Below are positions 26,414 to 38,591 of a stretch of DNA of 38,881 nucleotides, piece after piece. Location of the stretch: assembly GCA_000934665.2 (NCBI GenBank), contig KZ538335.1, forward strand, positions 124,001-162,881, in the 5' to 3' direction. The notes beneath the pieces were generated by a model that made no database searches, had not been told where the DNA came from, and was given only the letters and a program-made list of their open reading frames with translations. The stretch comes from Catajapyx aquilonaris. Lineage: Eukaryota. Within the stretch, counting starts at the first letter, position 1. The number at the start of each line of letters is the position of its first letter. The position numbers and the translations under genes were made by a program.

Positions 26414-28391
26414 ATGTTGTTTGAAGTGATGTCCGGACAACAACAACAACGTGAGGAGGAAGAGCTGGGCCTCAGCTGGCTCAGGATCTCCCTGGCAGGA
26501 CAGGAGAAGGAGCCGCACGACGCCTTCATTGCCGCCAGCTTGGGGGATTTGGAGCAGCTCAATGACATTTACCAGAGGTGTGAAGGCTGTGGGTCTCTCT
26601 CAGTAGTCCGGAAGTGGGGTTAGCTGGCCAGGACATACAGACAAAACTTTCCTTGCTTTATTATGTGCACTGGAGTGGGGTATAGACACAGACCAGGGAA
26701 GAAAAATTCAGAAGGAATGTTTTAAGTATTTAATTGGGTTTTTGGGACTTTTCCCTAAATCAGCGGCAAACATTGGTGGGACAAGTTTCAGGACTCTCAG
26801 GAGTCTGAAAGTGTGATAGGTAGCCCAGATGTATACAGACATGGACCTAACTTTCTGATTTACTTACAGGCCTACAAACAACAGTTGCCGTGGAAAAACA
26901 AGCACAGCCGTTGCCATTGACAAGGCAATGTTTGTTGGTCCGTGACGACAGTACTGTTGTACGTCCGTGACGACAGTACTGTTCGTCCGTGACAATGATA
27001 CTGTTGTTTTGTTTCCACCTGCAAACCAAAACATCCGTTTCCATTGACAAACAAACAAATTTTTGCCTTTTATATGTATGAGATGGCTCATTTGCATCTT
27101 TCGTCAAAATTGTTTGATTACACCTCGTTTGTATAACTAAAAGGTGGTACTTGGTCCATGAAATTGATCTGCTTTACAGATCTGGGCTTGCGGAACTGAA
27201 GAGGAAGAATGCGGGAGGATGGACTGTTTTGATGTATGGTGCGTATGCGGGCCATCTGAACGTTGTCAAGTTTTTGGTGCATTTGGGTGTGGATTTGGAG
27301 GAGAAGGCGAATGATGGGAGGACATCGTTGGCTCTGGCGGCGGGATGTGGACATTGCAAGGCGGTGCAGTTGCTTCTGCAGGTGACGGAGGATATGTTGG
27401 AGTAGTAAATTCCAAGACATAATCTATGCTATTGAGTTAAGTGTACAATTGTAGACATTTTACCTTACCGTTTACTCTAGAGAGGATGCAAAGTGGATGT
27501 CCGTGACCACAGGGACTGGACGCCACTATTTCATGCCGTTTTAGCTGGACAGGATGAGGTCCTGGCAATCCTTCTGGGACATGGTGCCAACCCAAACGTA
27601 ATGTGCGCAATTGACGTCTTTAGGACCAACATTGCATTGATAATTAACATCGGGCATCTCTTCTAGTGAGCATGACTGGTGGCTCACTCCGCTGATGCTG
27701 TCAGCCCAGCAGGGTCGAGAGCTGATATCTCGCACCCTTCTCCAGTGTGGGGCCGACCCAACCTTGGTGTCCAGATCTGGTGAGACAGCAAGAACACTAG
27801 CCCAAAAGAATGGCTTCCGGAACATAGTCGCCCTGATCGATGAGTACAAGTCTAAGAAGCAGGTGACACAAACCGCATCACCACACCATCCACGAAATCT
27901 GCCTGAATTGCTGGCCCAACTAGGACTCTCAAAGTACCTCCCTTGCTTTGAAGCAGAAGAAGTTGACCTGCAAGTCTTTCTCACCATGAATGAGGATGAA
28001 CTGAAGTCAATAGGAATTGAGTGAGTAACTAACACAAAAAGACTGCAAATGTTTCATTTATGCATGTTTCGTAGCTTTCAAAATAATTATAAATTAGAGA
28101 ACAATTGTTGAGGTAATCTTTCCAAAAACTCGTGACATACACTTAATGATGTGGCCTTCCTCTCATTGCAGGCGATTAGGTCCACGGAAAAAATTGGTAC
28201 TGGCCATCCAGCAGTGGCGAAGTTGCAAGAAAGATGCGCAAGACAGCATGCGAGAAGGCTGGAAGAACGCCCAGAGTATACTAGGCCAGATACAGACACT
28301 CCTTGACCAGCAAAAGGGTTGCGCATCCGGCGAACTTCAAGGACTAGTGACTCAGCTGCAAGATCTGGCTGGAAACATGTGTCGGTTATGA
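26414..28391 (+). CDS. ANKS3: Ankyrin repeat and SAM domain-containing protein 3-like, 5 exons
   Basis: Exons 26414 (or 26429)-26577, 27180-27381, 27481-27602, 27667-28020 and 28172-28391 join in frame. Ankyrin repeats (AASLGD; KNAGGWTVLMYGAYAGH; DWTPLFHA; LTPLMLSA; GETARTLA) precede a SAM domain (LPELLAQLGLSKYLPCFEAEEVDLQVFLTMNEDELKSIGIERLGPRKKL), collinear with ANKS3. Confidence 0.88.
26938..27084 (-). mobile_element. Short tandem repeat (3x GTCCGTGACGACAGTACTGTT-like) plus a possible non-autonomous Helitron-like end in ANKS3 intron 1
   Basis: Tandem units at 26938-27006. The minus strand from ~27084 reads ATCTCATACATATAAAAGGCAAAAATTTGTTTGTTTGTC, resembling termini of insect non-autonomous Helitron-like elements. 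Confidence 0.35.
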
Positions 28392-28836
28392 TTTATCGAG
28401 GTATACTAATTTCCAAATGGTTCTTTTGTGATACTCAAATTAAAAGACTGATGAAGTAACATGTGGCTATTAGCTCATTTTCTGCATCTGCGAACCGTTA
28501 TCTCCGTAAGTGGGGTGTTGCCAAGAGTGACACCTGGCATGATCATATTAATAAAAAATAAAGTGGGAGATAGTTCCACTGGGTGCACCCGATGGCCTTT
28601 AGTAGAGAGCATCCTCCCCTTGCTCGGTTATACTCCTCCCCATTGCATGTCAACTGATCCATATATTCACCTACTTCCTGTAGAAGGTCGTGATGGACAT
28701 GTTTGCATTTCCTGGAGGTGGGTGTGGAATTTGTTGTGGGGAGGGGGAAAAGGTGGACGTATTCATATCCCTACGTGGCTAGGCGTACGTCCTACACTGC
28801 CTGAAGACTGTCTGAACTGTATAAATCGCAGCAATA

Positions 28837-30156
28837 ATGGGCTGGGATTGGTATGAACTAGTGTGGAATCATCTCAAGCAGCCTACCACGTCACTTAAAA
28901 TTGCACAAATTGTAAGTATGCTACTATTCACATCGTAATTTTAAAATGCTAGTTGTTCATTACACAAATAATTGCTTCAAATTCCCAACTATAAAACTGG
29001 GTCAGAATTATGCGATGCAAAAATTCTACCAAATTTCACGCAGCAAAAATGTACATCATAATATATGTAAAGTAGGTCAGGGCGATCCGTCGTCCACAAA
29101 TTACCTTCTGGCCTTCAATTAACAATAATGTAGCTGTAGAAAGGCAACTACGTGTCACTAGAAACACTATATTCATGATGACAAAAATATGACTTCATCA
29201 CAATACTGTGAACTTCCTACATGCAATGACTTCCTGAATACTCGCAGAGCTAATGGAAAAAAAAATACACTGGGCAAGGTCCACTAGAAGAGTCACGTAT
29301 TTAATTAGATCAGGTTTCACATGCATTTTCAGGTTACCCACCTTCTAACGATACGAGAATTGAAACGCCATTATGCACATGTCGGTTGCACCACTGAAGG
29401 TCGCTTATGGAGGAATTATCCATGGTTTATTAGGTTAATAGCTGCCAACAATACTATAATGATGATTTTAGTGGTTGTGTGAGGTGTCGTGATGAAATGG
29501 ACTGTAACTAAAATGTGCTGTTCATGGTACGTCCGCAGATACTCACCCTAATAATCATGATGATATTTCGCTTTGGAAGTGACGGCACCATTCTTGATTT
29601 TTCTGTGAACGACCCAGATGCCCAAATAATTGGCGAAGGTGCATGCGTGGCCTTCCTGATCATCACTCCAGCCCTCCTCCTTGCTCACTTCATGGACAAG
29701 GTGGACAACAGGCGACCATTCCTGGTGACGACTCTTTTTTTCTTTTAACGTCCTCATGGTTCAGATCTTTTCATGGCTTTAACTTCTTATCCGCAGGAAA
29801 TGGTGCTTTCCATAGTGGGAGCCTCACTCTTCCTGATTGCTGGTGCAATGGCAATTGACTCCTGGAGACAAGTTGACATTGCCGAGACGGGTTCTGAAGC
29901 CGCAGAAGCACTGGATGCTTTTGAAGAAAATTCGGCAGCAGACGCTTTAGAAGCACTTGCAGGCAACACAGCTGCGGACGATGCGGTTTATTCAGCTGAG
30001 AAGGAGATCCGTAAGGTTGACGAGTGGACACCCGAGTCCTACCGATCCTCTGCGCTGGCCATGGGTTGCCTCACACTCTTCCTGTCAGTCCTCCACTCTG
30101 CTCATGCCTACTTCTCATGGAGACAGCTGCACGACCCAGGAAATCTGCCATCATAA
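28837..30156 (+). CDS. Snakeskin-family (MARVEL-like) four-transmembrane protein, 3 exons
   Basis: Exons 28837-28911 (MGWDW...SLKIAQI|gtaagt), 29539-29724 and 29797-30156, all phase 0. ILTLIIMMIFRFGSDG...DPDAQIIGEGACVAFLI, EMVLSIVGASLFLIAGAMAIDSW and ALAMGCL parallel Drosophila Ssk motifs (LYRWGDGG, DAEIVASG, IAMGSL). TATAAAT at ~28820 and AATAAA at 30369. Confidence 0.75.
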
Positions 30157-32946
30157 AGCATAATTTTCACGACAAATATTCAAGGATTTGCCTCTTCAAA
30201 ACAAAAGATTTAAAATATGGAACTGATATTTTAAGTGCGTTTCATTCTGCACAATTGTCTTGATCTCAGCAGCGGATGTTGCGAGTTGCAGGGCTACAGC
30301 CCCCCCAAAGTCCTTGAATTCTACCGCATACAACCACACTTGTTACTGTACAATTTGTGTACTATTCAAATAAAAGTGGTTTCGCATCACTAACAAATGA
30401 TGCTCACAATATTATTGACCAAGCAAACAAAATTTTATTTCCTCTTCTTCCCTCAAAATATCCACACTTTGTACAAGTCTTGGCAGAACTGCGTCAAACC
30501 AAGCCTGCCCCAACTACCTTAAATCTCAAAAGCCATCTTGGCGTGAGACGATTCATTCAATTTACAGAGTACCTCCCAACAATAACAAACACTGGCTCCA
30601 GCAACCGACGTGACCTTAGGGCCAACAAATAATTAAAATTGCTAAATAAATAAGGATCGAATAATTGTGGTTTGCACTGATTTGCATAGTGACAAAAAAA
30701 AGTATATCGCGTGCAACAAATTGTTGATCAACATCGCTGATTAAAAACACCCATAAACGTGAGACTACTGGTACATATTCTTGAATTAAACTGTGCTGGT
30801 GGTACAAATTGTAATTATCCAAACTAGCGGAGCATGTGGAACAGGAACGTACTCTCTTCCAAAAAAGTGCACAGCTAACAACGAACTACACTGCGTAACA
30901 ACTGAGTCGGTTTCAATCGATTGTATGTTATATCTATGGAGCACAGTATGGTCTCAAAAATACATATGTACAAGGGAAGAATCTCCATTCCTTCTGGGGG
31001 CATGAATTTTATCGGCAATAATTTGCTCTGCTCACAAAAGCATGTAACAAGGTTGCACTACACAGTATAATACATATCAGCCACTGCACTTGGCAATTTA
31101 CAACAAAAAAAAAATTTACACGGTTTGTAGCAATGGGGAAAACAATAATTATTGGAGTAAGTCTGGCAGTACTTGAAGTTAGGTGACCTCGCAGCACCTG
31201 CAGGGTCCACAAAAAAATAAAAAAATAAAGAACACACACTTAAATCTCTTCTCTGGTAACAAGTCAGATGAAGGACAGTTTGAAGGAAGACGGAAAAGAA
31301 TAAAATGTGTGTGTGGGGGGTCAAAGGAGAACAAATTGGCCAAATCCCAGCTTAGCGGCCAAGTCACAGTTCGTTTCTGCAAGAGAAGGAAAGACAATCA
31401 CCTTCTCCTGTTGGCATCTCTCACAACTGGAAAAAAAAAAACTATGTCGCAATTTTGGCACTTGGCATGTTCGGAGATGTCTACAGTTCAGCCAAGACAA
31501 GAGGCAGTCCAGAGATCCACAACTTTATCTTAATCCCACCCTTCAACCTGACCCCAAACAAGTTATCCTAGGACAGTAAAAGTCTGGTAGTTCTACACAG
31601 TTAGCATGTTACACACGGGATATTTCCAAGGCGCAAGTACCTCGCATATTTGACCAAGAGCTACTTCCATAATATTATGTATAATGCCTTTAATACAAGC
31701 TTTCAAACACAATATTAACGACCAGACTTTTCTTGTCAAAAGACGTCTCATTCGGGCTAATCGCTAGTGAGAGTATAATTACTATTGCGAGTGTGTAAGG
31801 ACTGCCTGACATTCTCTGCTGAAATGTATATGCACTGTTTTGCAGCAAAATTTTTTTTAAGGGATTTAAAGGAGAGAAAAAAAAATCAACTGAGTCTACA
31901 GAAACTATTATAACATAGTAAAAACCATAAGCCAAGCAGTGACTACTCTTGTGATCATCCATCACTAGCCTTAAAATAAGTAAAATGATTTTCAATCATC
32001 AGTGACTAGTCCGTACATCAGTAATGTCCATTCTCCTTGCACTTCCATTTTAGCACTTTATGTTGCAAATTTTGCCATTTGTAATCAATTAAATTTAAGT
32101 GCTCTCTATCAACCAAGCTTACAGCAACTGCCTTCACAGTGTCACAGTAATCAAAAGTTAATTCATAATAAATAAGTCGAATAAAGACATCTGCAGTATT
32201 TACAAACAAGTCAGTTCAATCTCCCCATCCCTGTGGGCCAATTGCTTACTGTAAATTGCAATTAAAATAAATACTTATGTACATTTCAGTCAACACCTGC
32301 CCCCTTCCCATAAACAACTTTCATTTTCTAGCCCAAAGTAATGGCAAAATAAAATTGCTACAGAGGCTATAAAAAGTTGGCCTTTCTCAACTTGTTTATC
32401 ACAAATCCTGCAAACACCATGTAGCAAATTTCAGGCAGCAACATGCAATACCTAAACTAGGGTGAACTAAGAATTCAAAACAGGAAGTGCGCAAAAATTA
32501 CCTTCCTACAGTGGGATACTCACTCACTGATTCCTCCGAGAGTACCCTTCCCTCACTACTTCTCTAAGTTCTCTTGCTTTTGTTTGAAACGTCTAGCTGC
32601 AGCCCGCAGAAGCCTTCAAGACAAGAACGCGATTTCAGCCAAGGGACAATGATTTTTTAATGCCCTAACTCTCTCGTTACCGTTTACCGTGCCGACTAGA
32701 AGAATGATCACTCAAGGCTGTCACAGCGGCCGACATAAACCATTAACAAACCCAAAGCAAAGTAAATAAGGATAGCAGGAGGTGCAGGGGCAGAAGATCT
32801 GTGGGGAGGAAGAGTGAGAAAAGAGCACCTGTTATCCCGAGACATGGTTGTTGGGATTCTTTGTACACAGAGACAGACAAATTTTGGTTTGCAGAGTATA
32901 GGGTAGGGGGAGAGTGATGGTTGCGTTTTTTTTTCTTTCTTTCTAT

Positions 32947-34443
32947 TTATCTCCACCTTCCAGGCCACTGGGCATCCTTATCCGTCAGTGGAACGTAGAC
33001 CACCCCCATCAAGGTGCGCCTCTCCACCGTCCCATCCGCCTTCTTATCAATCTGCTCCAGATGCTGGTTCCCACCCTCGGGACCCACAGGGATAATCATC
33101 CGTCCACCAACCTTGAGCTGGTTAACCAACTAAAATATGAAAATAAAGCGGAAAAAATATCACGTCAACACATCACATTCTAACAAACCGTACTCTTACC
33201 TCCTGGGGAAGAGTCGGTGCCGCAGCCCCAACATGGATGGCATCATACGGAGCCTCCTCTGAGAAGCCTTGCCTTCCATCTCCAACTAATGTGAGGATAC
33301 ACAAATTATTGTGAACAGTCTGACTTTTAGTCACTTTGCTTCAGCCATATGAAATTGGTGCCAATCTGAACATTTTTCAAGGTCACAATTAGCAGGTGAG
33401 ATCTTGCTTAGAAAGGTGCATAACACTGCCGTCATATTGAAAAAACATTGAACCCAAAATAGCAGCAAGGTCTACTTTCTATGCACCTACAGTATATGTA
33501 ATGTTTTTCAATATGATGCCAGTGAATACAGTAATGATAATATATTGACCAGAGTTGAGCTGATTAGCAAGGATAATACTGGGGCAGAAACAGAAAGAGA
33601 GAAAGAACGATGAGACCCAAGTCCCAACAGAAAGCTCACCAACCAACTTGACTCGACCAGACTCAAGTAGACCAGGCATGTCCTTTTTCACGTTTTGAAC
33701 AGAGAAGTTGACAAGCTCAGGGATGTGGTCTATTCCCACCGCCCTTCCAGACTCCCCGACCATCATCGCCATACACACAGTCAGGTAACCGCTACCCGAC
33801 CCAACGTCCAGGGCCCTCATTCCTTCCGCTAGGTTGTCACGCAGAAGTTCCAGTGCATGAGCATGCTGCATACCACAAAAGCATTATAATCAGGGTTTAA
33901 CACAAAACTTAAGGTGCATTTAGGGGTCATCCATAATCCGCGCGGACAGGTGATGGGGGGGTTGCATTTTTCCGCTTTTGTCCATACATATTGTCCGCTT
34001 CTGTCCGCAACAGGGAGGTAAAAAAAGTGACGAAATATGTCCGCGCGGATTATGGACGGCCCCTTACATGTGCGTGATTCGATGAGCGAAGTCTTCACCG
34101 AGGCTGAGTAACCCAAGTAACCAATATTGTTCGAGGCAGAGCTTTGCTCGTCAAATCGCTCACATGTAATCGCAGCTTTAGTGCAGCATACAAACCATGT
34201 GCGGTGCGCTGATTGTGACCCCGTATCCGATGCTCTGTGGCGAGTCCATGTACGGGTTATTCTTGGCGTACTTCCCACGGTCCACCTGCATCATCACCTG
34301 CTCCACACGGTCGGTCCGTATTATTCCATTTGCTACGGATGGAAACGGTTAAGTGTTGCGTCTGTCGTCTAAACAAGTAGCGACTCACACTTGAGGCTCC
34401 GGACCATATCCGCGTTGTCCTTCCCATGCGATCTCCAAGCCAT
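32947..34443 (-). CDS. PCMT1: Protein-L-isoaspartate (D-aspartate) O-methyltransferase, 5 exons
   Basis: Exons 34443-34389, 34332-34196, 33865-33640, 33285-33200 and 33129-32947. MAWRSHG..., [70 protein letters not shown]. Confidence 0.97.
33912..34177. mobile_element. MITE family A copy in PCMT1 intron 2, with left TIR split by MITE E
   Basis: Internal CCGAGGCTGAGTAACCCAAGTAACCAATATTGTT is the reverse complement (with mismatches) of the 25291 copy. TTA flanks at 33909-33911 and 34178-34180. Confidence 0.85.
33923..34063. mobile_element. MITE family E (Harbinger/Tourist-like, TTA TSD)
   Basis: TTA|GGGGTCATCCATAATCCGCGCGGACA ... TGTCCGCGCGGATTATGGACGGCCCC|TTA. Confidence 0.88.
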
Positions 34444-35236
34444 TGTGACGAAGCTGCGCAGGCCAACAGCAAATATTCCGACAGCCAGCAGGGGCCCCAG
34501 CCGGAAGCGTGAAGGGGAACTAGGCACCACCACCATGTGCCAGCGGGACTCTTTGCTGTTTTCTCTTCTCTTCAGCGGAGCCTAGCCTAGCCTGCAAAGC
34601 AACAAAAAGGAAGGGGGTTAGACCAGCTGAAATCAGGTCGAGTCCCACGCAGTTCAATGCACCTTATTTTGGTGGTACCCTTTCCCATCGAAGAATCGAA
34701 CGCAAATCGCAACGACGAGTGAGTAAACACGACGTCTGGCGGAATTCATCGGAAACTACAGACCGAACAACACATAGCCGCTATGACAGTTCTTTAAAAA
34801 AAAAATGGAAACGTTCCCTATAACTGTTACAAAATCTGGAATTGAAAAATTCGAATGACATTTTAAAATGAAATTAAAGACACAATTGCTTTATATTCCT
34901 CTGCAAATGTACACCGATTCCAGTATCCAAAAATACAGTAAACCATCAAAATCAAATATAAAGTCGGACAAGTTCCATCGCTTGTCTCTTTCTTCTTCTT
35001 TTTCTATTTCCAAAAAAATAAATAAAAGCAATCTCTTTTTTTCTCTCTCTCTGTCTCCTTTTCTTTTCAGCGGCGTCCACCTAATACACTGAGGTCTACA
35101 CCTAGCTCCAATGGTGGCGGAGGAAATTAAATCAGGAACTGTAAAATAAAGTCACCGGTAAAGAGAGACATCCATGTACGCACACGATGTGGGAAAAACT
35201 GAAGGTATGGCGACGGGAGGAACCAAAAAAAAAAAA

Positions 35237-35290
35237 NNNNNNNNNNNNNNNNNNNNNNNNNNNNNNNNNNNNNNNNNNNNNNNNNNNNNN
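35237..35290. other. Assembly gap (N run) within a poly-A tract
   Basis: Run of N flanked by A runs. Confidence 1.
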
Positions 35291-35670
35291 NAAAAAAAAA
35301 AAATCTGCCAGAAAAGAAACACGATTCTGCAAGGACATAAACGCTTCCTTATTATTTTGTAGTAGGGAGATGAATAATTTCCAGGGAGCTGTGGCAACTT
35401 GACTAGACGTTGCATATCACACTGTTTGGAAATCGGCACATAAAGTCTTTTAACTCCCTGAACAACGATCGACCAGCCCTTGACACCGGATGTTTAATCT
35501 CATGGTCAGATGCTCTCTCGAGGAGGAGGGGGGGCATGTATGGATGATGAGGATGAAATAGTAAATACGAGTCCCTAATCTCCATTGAGCTATAAAAATC
35601 AGCTTGGGGGGGCGTACGGGAGGCAGGAGGAAAAAAAATATTGGTTTGCATCGTAAATGCAACTGGATTT

Positions 35671-38264
35671 TCAGCGTCTTGCATTTCCTGAAAGGAAGAA
35701 AAAAAAAATGTGGTTTAATATCCGTATGAAAAACAAGACCTTTTGACTCATTGCTTTCCCCATATTCAAGCCGCGTTCACATGTGAGCAATGTGAAGCGA
35801 TGTACAGTACATCACTGAGCAAGTATATTTTCGCCCTAAACAATTATTATTGGTTGCTGATCAAATCGCTGACATGTTAACGTGGCATTATGCTTTACGT
35901 TACGTGCATTTACAATATGATGGGTAAAGACACAGTTTCAAATCATATGCATGTCTCACCTGCATCTTGACCTACCGCCATAAAAGCAGCTAATTGCGGC
36001 ATGCCTTGTGGTGCCTGCAAGACTCACTCACCTTTCGGATGTGGCTTGCGTCTGCTCACATGTGGTGGCGAGTCCCTATTTCTCCCTGACCTGTCACTCT
36101 CCCTGTCTGGAGACATGTTCCTGCCCCTGTCTCTGTCACCTGCCGGTCCTCCTCCGCCACCTCTGTGGGGTTGGTGTGACCTCTCGGACATCCGATCCGA
36201 GGATGGAGGTGGTGGTGGAGGGAAGCCCTGCTGCTCCTCCAAGAACCTTCTCATTGGAGGGGCGTAGTCTGGAGGAGGTGGTGGGGACATGCGGCCCAGG
36301 GGCGGCGGCCGTGAGTCCATAAGGAAGGGAGGCGGAGGGGGAGGAGGTGGATGGCCCATCATGCCGTAGTGGGGAGGTAGAGGGGGCGTCTCGGATCCAG
36401 GGGGAGGAGGGAGGAAGGGCGGCGGGTGGGGATGGGGATGGAGGACTCCAACTAGATGTGGAGGGAATGGCGGCATGAATGGTGGGGGAGGTGAGGATGT
36501 TGGTGGACCGCCCATGACCAAGGACATGTTGATCCCGCTGGCAGCGTCGGATGGGACTGGAGAGGTGGGGTGTTCCCCATTGGTCTTCGCAGCCATGACG
36601 GAGGCGTCTCCATTCATCGAACTCAAAAGGCTCTCCCTTTCTTTCTCTGATATCACCAATCTGATGGGAACAAAGGCAGCTCTTAGTTTGCCAACAATAG
36701 TACACACTACCGGTACTTCTGACGTACACATGGTACACATGTAAGCTCAAATCAATCAACATGTGCAACTCACTTGGTCCTGAGCTGACTGCTCTCCTGC
36801 TTGGATTCCTCCAGCCGCCTCTCTGCCTGCCTGGCTGCAATCCAGCTCTCGTGGGCCTTCTTTTCCTGCGTGCTCAGCTGAGCCTTCAGGCTACGCTCTT
36901 GGTCAGATATCTCCCGCTTCAGGACGTCTATCTGTGACCTGCAAGCAAATTCGTCAATCAGGCACTATCTAAACAAAAAGATCTTCCAGTAGCTCACTTG
37001 TAGTTGGTAATATCTTCCTTCAGAGAGCATATTTCCTCCGCTGCTGTGCCCGCACTGGCTGTCTTTTGAGCCCACTTGGCTTCCTGAATCCCCAGTTCCC
37101 TTAAAGGCAAATTTTTTCCAACATTGTATGCAAATGGCTCATCATCAAAATACCACCCCCTTGCATATCAATAGCTTTGACTCACTTTTGAAGAAGGGCT
37201 TCCTTTTGATTGAAATAAGTGGAAAGCACTTCAAGCTCAGTCCGAGCTTTCGCCCTATCCTTCTCTGTTTCATCCAGCAACCTCTGCTGGAGCTGCGTCT
37301 TTTCCTCTGCATCCCGTGCTTTTTCTGCACAAATAAAAACAATATTATCGGAGGAAACTCCCTTCATGGTTTGTTTTACAGGCTCAACATGACTAACCTT
37401 CCAGAGCTTGCCTCTCCTCTGCTTCTTTACGTAAAGACTCCTCTAACCTCTCCTTCTCACTCTGCACAGTCTTAAGTTCCACTTTGACCTTGCTCACATC
37501 TAGAAGTGCGGCGAGTTGTTCCGAGTCTACGAATAAACTGCGGTTATATGACCTGCCACCAATGTAGAGACCATGCTATCAAGTTAATGATACTGACCAA
37601 TTCCACCTTCATTGCTACCCTTCACCGATTCCAGCTGCTTCAGTGTCCCTCTCAATTCTTCCAGTTCAATCTCCTTCATGTCAAGAGTGCTGTGAAGTTC
37701 TGATACAGTCCTTTGCAAAAACTCCTTCTCACCCAGTAGTTGAGGGACTAACTCCTTATATCTTGCCACTTCCTAAAAACAAAGCAAAACATTCACATAG
37801 CATGGACAATCTTTTAAAATACTTGAATTTTCCTCAACACACCTCTTCCAGCACTTCCTTCTCTTTCTGCATGTTGTTTGAGGCTTCCTCCTCTTCATCC
37901 AGGCGTCGTTCCAGCTTATCCTTCTCTTCTTGCACAGTTTGTACTAGTTTGCACAGCTGAAATTATTGCAAAATTTTAGAAGTGGCACTTTGGAGCATAC
38001 AATCCTGTCCGACTCCCCCCATAAATAATATGCAACTAAACTGCAGTACTAGGCATTTACAATTATTTTGTGGCTAAGTCCCCTCGCCTGGAATCTTTCC
38101 CTCCAGCCACACCTGTTCCTCCCAACTCCACTACAGGCAAAATCAATTGATATAAAATGCCATCCTACTAAAGCACAACTAAGTATGTTTACCCTGTCCA
38201 CTTCATCTTCAAGTCCCTTGATCTTCATCCTGCGTGATTCCAGCTCCTCTCGCATATGCTCCGT
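35671..38264 (-). CDS. MIA3: TANGO1/MIA3 (cTAGE family) cytoplasmic coiled-coil and proline-rich C-terminal region; 5' part lies beyond the window
   Basis: Exons 38264-38193, 37956-37843, 37772-37598, 37526-37398, 37324-37186, 37099-36998, 36938-36774, 36660-36032, (35971-35960) and 35687-35671 join in frame. ELEVLSTYFNQKEALLQKELGIQEAKW and QEKKAHESWIAARQAERRLEE are followed by a long Pro-rich domain, as in Tango1. Confidence 0.9.
35771..35887. mobile_element. Diverged MITE family A-related copy in the last TANGO1 intron
   Basis: GCCGCGTTCACATGTGAGC / GCTGACATGTTAACGTGGC arms. Internal TTCGCCCTAAACAATT..ATTGGTTGCT and TCAAATCGCT are shared with the 25291 copy. Confidence 0.65.
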
Positions 38265-38542
38265 CTGTAAAATGCATTGAAAATTAACTGATTTATCAAG
38301 CGCAATCGTCCCCATACAGCTATGTTTTGATGAGACCAAAAAAAAAAAACTAACATTACTCACTCACAAAAGGAAATTACGGCTTTCTTAGAATAACTCA
38401 CAAGGGAAAATTTCAGACACAAATCGCCCACTTCTGCCAAGCTCTCTAACTTACACCAATTAAGTATACCATATCCCCCCGACAAACGTGAGTACTTGAT
38501 GCCTTCCTTTTTGCATCACTCTTCAATTAATTAGGGCCAGCC

Positions 38543-38543
<1 letters not shown>

Positions 38544-38591
<48 letters not shown>
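38544..38591. repeat. (ATT)n microsatellite
   Basis: ~16 ATT units. Confidence 0.95.

Noticed and set aside
36136..36840. 234-aa alternative-frame ORF over TANGO1
   Set aside because: Off-frame shadow of the GC-rich Pro-rich exon that runs through an intron; no independent start evidence.
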